A DNA stretch of 32,000 nucleotides from Candidatus Arthromitus sp. SFB-rat-Yit (GTDB taxonomy: Bacteria; Bacillota; Clostridia; Clostridiales; Clostridiaceae): positions 900,001 to 932,000 of the forward strand of contig NC_016012.1 of assembly GCF_000283555.1 (NCBI RefSeq). The letters are read 5' to 3'. A model generated the notes under the pieces. That model was not told the DNA's origin. It made no database searches and was given only the letters and a program-made list of their open reading frames with translations. Shown in pieces: positions 19,079-27,637 of this stretch (the first letter of the stretch is position 1; every line of letters begins with the position of its first letter). The position numbers and the translations under genes are program-made.

Positions 19079-20092
19079 CTACATACTACATATTGAAATA
19101 AGCAAAATTTCAAATTCTGAAAATGCATCAATATCTGTTGATGATCTAATTTTATATTCTAGATCCAAAAAATTATCGAGAACATTTATAATATTTTTCA
19201 AACTATATTGTTTTGATAACTTAATAAAATTATTTAAACTATACTTATTAATACGTGTTTTTTTAGTAATTTCATCAATATTGATCCCTTCTTCTAATAA
19301 TAACTTCACATCTAAAAATTTAGAAAATTGACTACTAATCATGCTAAATATATAATTAAAATCATTTCCGGTCAATGAAAGTTCCCTAAAGCTTGTTATA
19401 GATTTATTTAATTTTTTCTCCATAACATTATTTATAAGAACAAAAACATTATTTTCTAAACTTTTAGTAATAACATCATCTATATCTTGTTTAGTTACTT
19501 CCCTTCCTTCTACAAAAAATTTCAACTTATTAATTTCATTTTCTATATGAAAAAAATCATTTTCAACTCTAGAACAAAAATATCTAATAAGCTCTTGTTT
19601 TATATTAACCCTATTTAATAAAAACATCTTAGAAACTTCTTTGTAAAAGTCATCTCCCTTTAGCTCTTGAATATTGCAAACTTGACCAAATTTAGAAAAC
19701 GCTTTTAAATTGTCCTTATTCTTCTCCTTATTCCCAAACACATAATAAAAAACTAAAACACAATATGAAGGTAAATCGGCTAAATAATCTTTAATTTTCT
19801 GAACAAAATCCCTATTTTCATAATCACTTCTTAAAAATAGTGCGTTCTCAACTACTACCATTTTTTTATCTTGCATCATTGGAATTGTATTACAACATTC
19901 AGAAAAATAATTTATATCAAAATTATTATCAAACTTAATTTGATTATAATTAAATTGTTTAAAATCCCTCAATATCAATCTTTTCTCTATGCTTTTCAAA
20001 AAATTTTTAATAAGTTTCCCATCATAACTATAGATAAAATAACAATTTTTTATATTATCTACTTCCTTCATCAATAAATCATAATCTAACAT
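19079..20092 (-). CDS. holA: DNA polymerase III delta subunit (HolA)
   Basis: 337 aa in the conserved position directly after comEC (8-nt gap). Size and helical character fit HolA, but sequence motifs are weak. Confidence 0.7.
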   Translation of the reverse strand: MLDYDLLMKEVDNIKNCYFIYSYDGKLIKNFLKSIEKRLILRDFKQFNYNQIKFDNNFDINYFSECCNTIPMMQDKKMVVVENALFLRSDYENRDFVQKIKDYLADLPSYCVLVFYYVFGNKEKNKDNLKAFSKFGQVCNIQELKGDDFYKEVSKMFLLNRVNIKQELIRYFCSRVENDFFHIENEINKLKFFVEGREVTKQDIDDVITKSLENNVFVLINNVMEKKLNKSITSFRELSLTGNDFNYIFSMISSQFSKFLDVKLLLEEGINIDEITKKTRINKYSLNNFIKLSKQYSLKNIINVLDNFLDLEYKIRSSTDIDAFSEFEILLISICSM

Positions 20093-20100
20093 ATAACTCC

Positions 20101-21780
20101 CTAAAATATAAAATAATATTTTTGTGGATAAATATCCGAATAATATTTAAAATTATCTTCCATATTATTCACTTCTATCTTTTTCTTATCAACATATAAA
20201 ACAACCTTCTTATTTATAAATTCCACTTTAACCCCACTTATTATAGATGAATCTTGATTATTATTAATATTTGTAAATACTTTATCAACTCCAAGCTTAT
20301 CAATTAACTGATCTATATTTTTTAAATTACCATCTAAATACAAATAACTTCTATCTTTATTTCTGATTATAACATAGTTTTTATCATAGTATTTCCCTAC
20401 TTCCACGCTAGAATTAATCATCGTAATAGTTCCAATATAAACAAATGATAATATAAGCACTAATTTATTAAAAGTTTTAAATGAAATCTTTTTCCTAAAA
20501 AAATATAGTATGTACAACATAACTATAAAAATAATCAAAATATTTATTAAGTATATACTTTCTGGGGTAAACATCTTTATTAAAATAATCCCACCATCAA
20601 TTACATCAAAAATAATCTTTATTAAATAAACAGTGATTTCCTTAAAAAGTGGTATGAAACTAAAAAATACAAATACAATACTCAAAATCACTAACAAACT
20701 ATAAAATGGAACTAAAAATATATTTGAAAGTAAAAATCCTAACTCTAACTTCCTATTAATTATTAAGTTAACAGGAATAATAAAAATTTGAGCACTAATT
20801 ATAAGTGAAATGGGTTCACTCAATAATTTAGGTAATCTATATAAATAATCTTTAATTTTACTATTAAATAATAAAATCCCAAGTGTAGATACAAAAGAAT
20901 ATATAAACCCTAATCTCAAAACTTCATATGGTCTTATAAGCAATATTAAACTACCAGCAACACACAACGCATTTATTCCATCATAATTTCTATGTACCCT
21001 AGGCGACATTTCTCTTATAAACACCATAGAAAATGCTCTTATCCCAGACACCTTAAATCCAGTAAGCACAAGATAAATAAACGTCGCTATAATAGATGGT
21101 AAAAAACTTAATATTTTTGATAAGATTCCAAAAATCAAATTAATATGAAAACCCGAAACACTTAAAATATGTACAATACCTAACTCTTTTAAATCATTTT
21201 TATACTCCTTGTCCAATGACGATGTATCGCCGAACACTAGGCTCGACAAAATATTTCCACGTTCAACTCCAAAATTATCTGTAAATAGCTCTTTTATAAT
21301 AGATTTCATCCCTATAAAAATAGAATAAAGATCTTTTTGATACGAATTAATAGTATAATCAATAATCTCTCCAACCACACCAATATCATAATAATTAGAT
21401 TTTTCTATATTTCCATTCAAATTCAAAACCATACCAATATCAACTTTGTCTATATTTTCAAAGTTTTTAATCAAATATCTTTTGGGTATTATATTTTTTG
21501 AAGAAACAACTATATCTTTTGATAATTTTTCTGATATTCTAAAATTTTTATTAGTTACAAGATTCTGATTATTAGAATAATACGATAATATGTTGAAGAA
21601 ACTAATTACACTCAATATGATTAGAGTTAATTTAAACACTTTATATATTACATTTCTAAGCAAAAATGTAATCAATAAGAGTAACACAAAACCAAATGAT
21701 ATAAAATCATCTTTCATTAGTTGAATTCCTAATAAATTAGACAATATGATCACTGTAAAACAATAAACAAAAAACTTCAT
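20101..21780 (-). CDS. comEC: ComEC/Rec2-family DNA internalization channel, short form without a recognisable metallo-beta-lactamase domain
   Basis: 559 aa and polytopic. It has an N-terminal TM plus a DUF4131-like region and a competence-domain core (GIVHILSVSGFHINLIFG). It sits upstream of holA as in B. subtilis. The C-terminal ~100 aa lack an HxHxDH motif. Confidence 0.75.
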   Translation of the reverse strand: MKFFVYCFTVIILSNLLGIQLMKDDFISFGFVLLLLITFLLRNVIYKVFKLTLIILSVISFFNILSYYSNNQNLVTNKNFRISEKLSKDIVVSSKNIIPKRYLIKNFENIDKVDIGMVLNLNGNIEKSNYYDIGVVGEIIDYTINSYQKDLYSIFIGMKSIIKELFTDNFGVERGNILSSLVFGDTSSLDKEYKNDLKELGIVHILSVSGFHINLIFGILSKILSFLPSIIATFIYLVLTGFKVSGIRAFSMVFIREMSPRVHRNYDGINALCVAGSLILLIRPYEVLRLGFIYSFVSTLGILLFNSKIKDYLYRLPKLLSEPISLIISAQIFIIPVNLIINRKLELGFLLSNIFLVPFYSLLVILSIVFVFFSFIPLFKEITVYLIKIIFDVIDGGIILIKMFTPESIYLINILIIFIVMLYILYFFRKKISFKTFNKLVLILSFVYIGTITMINSSVEVGKYYDKNYVIIRNKDRSYLYLDGNLKNIDQLIDKLGVDKVFTNINNNQDSSIISGVKVEFINKKVVLYVDKKKIEVNNMEDNFKYYSDIYPQKYYFIF

Positions 21781-21840
21781 AAGCCAAATGTCCTTCTAAT
21801 ATTTGTTATAATAATTTCAAATTTTCAAGATATTTATTCA

Positions 21841-21876
21841 AAAAAATAAACCTCCAGAAAATAATTCCAAAGGTTT
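21841..21876 (-). terminator. Rho-independent terminator of the spoVA operon
   Basis: The minus RNA AAACCUUUGG-AAUUAUUUU-CUGGAGGUUU is followed by AUUUUUU. Three wobble pairs make it minus-strand specific. It starts 6 nt after the spoVAE stop. Confidence 0.5.
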
Positions 21877-21881
21877 TATTA

Positions 21882-22244
21882 TTATTTTAAAGACTTAGTT
21901 TTAGCCGTAAATATAAAAGAGAATATAAAAGATATAAAAATAGCAAATGTTATTCCAGCAGATACCCCACTAAGTCCTCCCGTTATCACACCAAAAAGTC
22001 CACTCTCTTTAACTTTTTCAATAACAGAACTTCCCAAGCTATACCCAAATCCTATTATAGGTATGCAAGCTCCACCAGATGCTTTCTTTATCAAAAAATC
22101 ATATCCAGGAAATAGTGATAAAACATTACCAAGACAAACCATAAAAACCAAAATATATGCAGGTAATATTTTAAACTTATCCATAAAAATCTGACTAATA
22201 CCACATATAATTCCTCCAAGCAAAAAACTCCATAGATAATTCAT
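21882..22244 (-). CDS. spoVAE: Stage V sporulation protein AE (SpoVAEb-type)
   Basis: 120-aa membrane protein. The sequence MNYLWSFLLGGIICGISQ...IPIIGFGYSL...GGLSGVSAG resembles B. subtilis SpoVAEb. Confidence 0.85.
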   Translation of the reverse strand: MNYLWSFLLGGIICGISQIFMDKFKILPAYILVFMVCLGNVLSLFPGYDFLIKKASGGACIPIIGFGYSLGSSVIEKVKESGLFGVITGGLSGVSAGITFAIFISFIFSFIFTAKTKSLK

Positions 22245-22251
22245 AAACGCA

Positions 22252-23277
22252 TCACCCCCTATTATTAAACTCTATAGCAACAGCATGTGCTATTCCTGGA
22301 ACACTCTCACCTTGAAATGAGGTTGTTGGACTCATTAATGCTCCTGTAGAAATTATAAGTATCTTGGTAATTTTACCTTCCAATAATTTTTTATAAAAAT
22401 ATCCTGTAAAAACTGAAGCGGAGCATCCACATCCACTCCCTCCTGAACAAGTATCTTGTCTTCCATTATCATAGATACTTTCACCACAATCTACATACAC
22501 TTTCGAAACATCGTACCCTAACTCTTTAAGCATAGTTTCTGTTACTTGTCTTCCAAATTTGCCTAAATCACCTGTCGCAATACAATCATAATAACTTGGA
22601 TCTCTTCCTGTATCTTGAAAATGTTTATAAATTGTATCTACTGCTGATGGAGCCATAGCAGCCCCCATATTATTTACATCCTTAACTCCATAATCTTTAA
22701 CTTTACCCGTCGTTATGTGTGTAATCTCTGGATAATTACCTTCTCTTCCAAGAAGAACTGTTCCTGCTCCTGTAACAGTCCACTGCGAAGTTATCGCTCT
22801 TTGACTCCCATACTCTAGAGGAAATCTAAACTGCCTCTCTGCAGAACTGAAATGAGATGATGCTCCAGTTACAACATAATTAGCAAATCCTCCATCAATA
22901 AACATCGCACCCAATCCTAATGATAAAGAAAATGTAGAACAAGCACCATACAAACCTATAAACGGTATTTTTATTTCACGAGCTGCAAAATTCGAAGATG
23001 TTATTTGATTCTGCAAATCTCCACATAACAAATAATCGATATCATCTTCAGTAAGATTCCCTTTTCTTATACTTTCACTAATTGAAGTATATAAAATACT
23101 CGACTCTGCCTTTTCATAAGTTTCCTTACCGTTTTTATCATCTTTAAGAGTAATATCAAAATAAGATCCAAGTGGACCTTCACCCTCTTTAGGTCCTACA
23201 ACACTAGTCGCAGATATGATTTTAGGTCTATTTTTTAATTCAACCGTCTGAGTTCCAACTCGTTTATTATCATACAT
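22252..23277 (-). CDS. spoVAD: Stage V sporulation protein AD (thiolase-fold DPA-binding protein)
   Basis: 341 aa with N-terminal RVGTQTV...PKIISATSVVGPKEGEGPLG and an active-site-like GACST, typical of SpoVAD. Confidence 0.9.
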   Translation of the reverse strand: MYDNKRVGTQTVELKNRPKIISATSVVGPKEGEGPLGSYFDITLKDDKNGKETYEKAESSILYTSISESIRKGNLTEDDIDYLLCGDLQNQITSSNFAAREIKIPFIGLYGACSTFSLSLGLGAMFIDGGFANYVVTGASSHFSSAERQFRFPLEYGSQRAITSQWTVTGAGTVLLGREGNYPEITHITTGKVKDYGVKDVNNMGAAMAPSAVDTIYKHFQDTGRDPSYYDCIATGDLGKFGRQVTETMLKELGYDVSKVYVDCGESIYDNGRQDTCSGGSGCGCSASVFTGYFYKKLLEGKITKILIISTGALMSPTTSFQGESVPGIAHAVAIEFNNRG

Positions 23278-23291
23278 AACTTATCTATCAC

Positions 23292-23753
23292 CTATCCTAC
23301 AAATTTACTAAAAATAAAATATCCAATTCCAACTAAAACAGATGAAGTAACACCAAAAGCTATTACGGATCCAGCTATTGTGAACATCTTTACACACGTT
23401 CCAAATACAACTCCCTCTTTTTTAAATTCTATCGCTGGAGAAGTCACAGCATTAGCAAATCCAGTTATTGGCACTATACTTCCTGCCCCTGCAATATTCG
23501 CAATTTTATCGTATATACCAATTCCCGTTAAAAATGATCCTATAAATATCATTGTTATAGATCCCAAAGCTCTTACCTGAAGCTCATCAAATATATAATT
23601 AGCATAGAATTTAAATAAAAGTTCTCCAATTACACAAAATATCCCACCAATAATAAATGACATAACAAATCTTTTAATGTAATTTGGCTTCGGTTCATAA
23701 TTTTTGGAATAATCCTCAAATGTCTTTCTTAACCTCTTTTCATCAAAACTCAA
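23292..23753 (-). CDS. spoVAC: Stage V sporulation protein AC
   Basis: Membrane protein with PKPNYIKRF...IIGGIFCVIGE...VPITGFAN. The track ORF starts at GTG 23789. TTG 23753 has a perfect GGAGGA 8 nt upstream and gives the usual ~20 aa before the PKP motif. The start is uncertain (23753, 23777 or 23789). Confidence 0.8.
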   Translation of the reverse strand: MSFDEKRLRKTFEDYSKNYEPKPNYIKRFVMSFIIGGIFCVIGELLFKFYANYIFDELQVRALGSITMIFIGSFLTGIGIYDKIANIAGAGSIVPITGFANAVTSPAIEFKKEGVVFGTCVKMFTIAGSVIAFGVTSSVLVGIGYFIFSKFVG

Positions 23754-23944
23754 TCCTTTTATCCTCCGAATATACATGATATTTTTCACAAATATATTAT
23801 AGGTATATTAAAGTATTTTATACTTTACTTTTTTTCCCAACGATTTAATTAATAAAAGGTTTCAAAAATTAATTTTTATTGAATTATGTTTAAATTTATA
23901 TTATTATATATACAATTAGTTAATTTTCTAATTGTGAGGTGCCT

Positions 23945-24985
23945 ATGTCAAAGTATTTTAATTTTACAAATGATAAAAGTTTGGATTTCGAGCGTAATGA
24001 ATTCAAAAATAATTCATTAATTGAAATTGATTATTTAAATAAACGTCTTTCTTTCTTAGAAAGAGTAATTCAAGACAAGTATTCTGATATCATATCTCTT
24101 GCATCCGAAATTTGTAATGTTCAGAATATGAACTTAAAATATGATTTGATTGACATATTAATAAAACATGGTTATAACTTATCTAATTACAAATCTGAAA
24201 GAAATGACATTAGAGATATACTAATAAACGCTAATAAAAATAAACAAACCAAATCCGAAAATAATGTTTCTGTAGGAACAGATATGGAAATTATAATTAA
24301 TGACATTGACGACAAAGAACCTCATAATTCTGATAGCGATACAAACAAAATAGTTTCAAAAAATGAATCAAAAGTTATAATAGAAGTCACCGATCAAAAT
24401 AAAGACTCTAAATCTCAGGATATCAAAGATATTGGACAAGCTGATTTAAAAGCAAAAGAAATTGAAACAACTCAAAAAAGTAAATCAGATACTGCTCGTG
24501 AAAAAATTTTAAATAATCTTAATAGACTGATTTCATATAAGGAAAATACATTTAATGATTTAATAGAAATGGTTGACTTTAATACAAGTTCTAATGCAAA
24601 CAAATCAAATTTAAGTAAATTTATTGAATGTTTAGAAAGCCAGATAGTTGAGCTTAATCAATATAAAGATAATATTTTAAAAAATTACTCTCTAAGTAAG
24701 GCAATTGAACTCGGATCAAATGGCAAAATTACTTTTTCAAGAGTGTTTATTGAAAAAGAACGTTTAATTGATAAAAATAAAGATGAATATATAAAAATTG
24801 TTAACGAAATGTATGAACTATATTCTGAGTTTGTTGATACTTATCTAAATAATATTAGTTCAATGAAACCTTACCTTGATCATGAAAAAATTACATCAAT
24901 ACAAAATAATTGTGCAAAAGTTATATATGATCTAAAGTTGATAAGAACACTTTATTCTTCTTTGGATAAAATAAAGAGTGTATAG
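23945..24985 (+). CDS. Orphan coiled-coil / low-complexity protein, function unknown
   Basis: About 346 aa from ATG 23945 (the track starts at GTG 23939), preceded by GAGG. A candidate promoter TTGAAT-N17-TATTAT lies at 23879-23907. Helical heptad-like N- and C-terminal thirds flank a K/D/S/N-rich central region. No catalytic, TM or signal motif recognised. Confidence 0.55.
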   Translation: MSKYFNFTNDKSLDFERNEFKNNSLIEIDYLNKRLSFLERVIQDKYSDIISLASEICNVQNMNLKYDLIDILIKHGYNLSNYKSERNDIRDILINANKNKQTKSENNVSVGTDMEIIINDIDDKEPHNSDSDTNKIVSKNESKVIIEVTDQNKDSKSQDIKDIGQADLKAKEIETTQKSKSDTAREKILNNLNRLISYKENTFNDLIEMVDFNTSSNANKSNLSKFIECLESQIVELNQYKDNILKNYSLSKAIELGSNGKITFSRVFIEKERLIDKNKDEYIKIVNEMYELYSEFVDTYLNNISSMKPYLDHEKITSIQNNCAKVIYDLKLIRTLYSSLDKIKSV

Positions 24986-25007
24986 AACCTAGTTCTCTAC
25001 ACTCTTT
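24973..25007. terminator. Bidirectional terminator shared by the orphan ORF and flbD
   Basis: aaagagtgtatagaac-cta-gttctctacactcttt forms a 16-bp stem with one mismatch. It spans both stop codons and has A-rich 5' and T-rich 3' flanks. Confidence 0.7.
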
Positions 25008-25195
25008 TTATATTGATAATGTATTTTTCGATTAAACTCTATAATTCTTCTTATAACTTCATCAATACTTTCCTTAACTATATACGTTTTTCCATTTAGT
25101 AAAATTATTGCCGTTTCTGGTATAAGTTCTATTCTTTCAATTTCATTTGAATTTAAATAAAACACAACATCATTTGTTCTTGTAAGCTGAATCAT
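24989..25195 (-). CDS. flbD: Flagellar protein FlbD (SwrD family)
   Basis: 68 aa. MIQLTRTNDVVFYLNSNEIERIELIPETAIILLNGKTYIVKESIDEV closely matches the FlbD family pattern. GGAGG RBS. Confidence 0.85.
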   Translation of the reverse strand: MIQLTRTNDVVFYLNSNEIERIELIPETAIILLNGKTYIVKESIDEVIRRIIEFNRKIHYQYKKSVEN

Positions 25196-25239
25196 ATTTG
25201 ACCTCCTTGACCTTCTCTTAAATACAAGTTTTGCAAATT

Positions 25240-26220
25240 TTAATTTATATATTCCTCACCATCAACTCTCACAACTCTATTAAGTGTTACTGTTTCTATT
25301 TCATTAGTCGTGTTTATTTTCACTCTGAGTTTAATCTCATGATTCTCAATTACAATTCCCTCAACTCTTCCTGTCATAGTTTCATATAAATTTCCATTAC
25401 TTTCATATGTTACAACTTCACCATTCGCTTTCCTTCCTTCTCTAATGTCCTGTTCCAATATAGATTCCAATTCATCTTGAGCTTCTATTTCATCTGTCAT
25501 GCCACCATCTATTGTTATGTCATCTTCATAATCTTCATCGATATTTGAATATATAAATTCTACTTCTTTATTTATCATGGATGAACCAACAAGCACAGCT
25601 ATATTATTATTTATATAATCAAGTCTGTTATCTTGTACCCCAATAACATTCATAATATCATCTCTTTCAAAATCTCCAATTACAAATTCCCCTTTTTCAT
25701 TCATGTACTCAACATTAACAATTATTTTTGATCCATTTTGAGCAACACCTCGCACAACACCAGTAATTGCATTTCCATTATTGTCGTAAGAATTAAGCAT
25801 AACTCCCTGTCCCAATAACGATCTAGCCGAATATTCATTCATTGTAGTGTTTAAATTAGACATTTGTTCCATAGCTGCAAACTGTGCAAATTGTGATACA
25901 TATTCAGTACCATCTTGCGGTTGTGTTGGGTCTTGGTTGGACATCTGGGTTGCCAATATTTTTAAAAATGCATCCTTATTCATATCTTCTCCAGGCTGAA
26001 TAATTTTTGTTCCTTTTTCTGTATATTGCCCATTATAAACATTTCCTGATCTTGAAAATGCTGAGTTGTCCACTTCATTTTCACTATTTTTACTTGCTTC
26101 AGTTTTTTTCTGAATCTCCTCAACCAAATCATTAAATGAACCATCAGAATTACTTGAATTACCTATATTTATAGATTTATTTTTATTAATTGGTGTTATT
26201 TTAATATTGTTATTTATCAT
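25240..26220 (-). CDS. flgD: Flagellar hook capping/assembly protein FlgD (unusually long, two beta-modules)
   Basis: The FlgD N-domain KDAFLKILATQMSNQDPTQPQDGTEYVSQFAQFAAMEQ is followed by two G..V...G...tG.V.g-type beta segments. These are separated by an acidic linker (aa ~226-258, nt 25447-25545). Confidence 0.85.
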   Translation of the reverse strand: MINNNIKITPINKNKSINIGNSSNSDGSFNDLVEEIQKKTEASKNSENEVDNSAFSRSGNVYNGQYTEKGTKIIQPGEDMNKDAFLKILATQMSNQDPTQPQDGTEYVSQFAQFAAMEQMSNLNTTMNEYSARSLLGQGVMLNSYDNNGNAITGVVRGVAQNGSKIIVNVEYMNEKGEFVIGDFERDDIMNVIGVQDNRLDYINNNIAVLVGSSMINKEVEFIYSNIDEDYEDDITIDGGMTDEIEAQDELESILEQDIREGRKANGEVVTYESNGNLYETMTGRVEGIVIENHEIKLRVKINTTNEIETVTLNRVVRVDGEEYIN

Positions 26221-26236
26221 ACTTACTTACCTCAAT

Positions 26237-27637
26237 TTAAACTAAAATTCCATCTCTTAAATTATTTCTATCATCATTGTCATTACCTTCATTATCTATC
26301 TCTATTGTTGGAGATTTTAAATTTTTAAAATCAACATTTTCATTATTTCGCTTGTTATTTCCACCACCATCATTTGCATTAAATGAAAATTCTTGGAGAT
26401 CAACTTGTATATTTTCCAAATTTATATTATGTGTTTCCTTTATCATATTTCGTATATCAGTTATTGTTGATTCCATAACCTTGAATGCATCTTTATTTTC
26501 AACTCTTATCATAAGTCTAACATTATCCTTAACTACTTCATACTTTACATCCATTCTCCCTAAATGATCTGGATTAAGTTTAACAACCATTTGATTTTTA
26601 TTATTTGATGCCATATATTCTATATTTTCAATAAATTCTTTAACAATATTTTGATGGTTTGAAGTATCTAATATTTTATTGAATTTTACATTTACATTCT
26701 CTTCAGTATTATTTCTAAATGCATTAACAAAATAATTTTCAATATTTTTATTAATTTGTGCTTCCCCAGAAATTTCCTTTAATATGTGTTCATCACTATT
26801 ACTCTTATCATCAATTCTAACCATATCACTTATACTTTTAAAATTATGGAGTACTTTATAATCTGAATCATCAGTTTTATTAACCGAAACTTCATTATTT
26901 AATTTTGTATTAAGCTTAATACTAATTTCATTTTCTATATTTCTTATTAGTTCCTTATCGTTTAATAAAAATCCCTCAAAATTAATTTCATCTAAAAATT
27001 TAACATCTGAATTATTTTCCCCTATCTTATCAAATTCATTCCTTACTAAATTTTTAAAGCCATCAACATTATCCATTACCTTTTGTATAATTTCCCCATT
27101 TGAAATATCTTTTGAATTAATCTTTTTCAAATCAAATCCCATTTCAATTAAAACATTCTGTATACTTTCATTGTCAAAACTTGAAATTTGTATTTTTTCT
27201 ATTTCGTTAAACTCTGGTTTTGATACGTTTTCAAATACATTCATCTTATTTAAAGAATCACTATAAAGTTGTTTTGTATTATCAAATTCAATATCTTTAA
27301 CTTCTTTCAAATCTCCAATAGTGAAATTATCATTAAACTCAAAGAAATTACTTTGAGTATCAATTTTTTCTGATCCCAAAACGTTTAATATACTTAAAAT
27401 AACTTGTAATAATTGTTTATCATCCTCATTTAAAGTATCATACAAAGTTTCATCAAAAACTTTCTCTTCTATTTTATGTTTACTATTTAGTTGATTCTCA
27501 CCTTGTAAACTTAGAGATTCATCAAGAGAATTTTTAAAACTACTCACACTTAAATCACTTTTAATATTTTTGTTATTTTGTTTAACTTCATCTTTTTTAG
27601 ATACTCCATAATTCAAATTATCTATCTTCAAACTCAT
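26237..27637 (-). CDS. fliK: Flagellar hook-length control protein FliK
   Basis: Has a C-terminal Flg_hook-type segment (LNPDHLGRMDVKYEVVKDNVRLMIRVEN...) and a low-complexity N-terminal ruler region. ATG 27637, preceded by GGAGAGGGGAG, is preferred over the track start at 27667. It overlaps the fliJ 3' end by 20 nt. Confidence 0.8.
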   Translation of the reverse strand: MSLKIDNLNYGVSKKDEVKQNNKNIKSDLSVSSFKNSLDESLSLQGENQLNSKHKIEEKVFDETLYDTLNEDDKQLLQVILSILNVLGSEKIDTQSNFFEFNDNFTIGDLKEVKDIEFDNTKQLYSDSLNKMNVFENVSKPEFNEIEKIQISSFDNESIQNVLIEMGFDLKKINSKDISNGEIIQKVMDNVDGFKNLVRNEFDKIGENNSDVKFLDEINFEGFLLNDKELIRNIENEISIKLNTKLNNEVSVNKTDDSDYKVLHNFKSISDMVRIDDKSNSDEHILKEISGEAQINKNIENYFVNAFRNNTEENVNVKFNKILDTSNHQNIVKEFIENIEYMASNNKNQMVVKLNPDHLGRMDVKYEVVKDNVRLMIRVENKDAFKVMESTITDIRNMIKETHNINLENIQVDLQEFSFNANDGGGNNKRNNENVDFKNLKSPTIEIDNEGNDNDDRNNLRDGILV

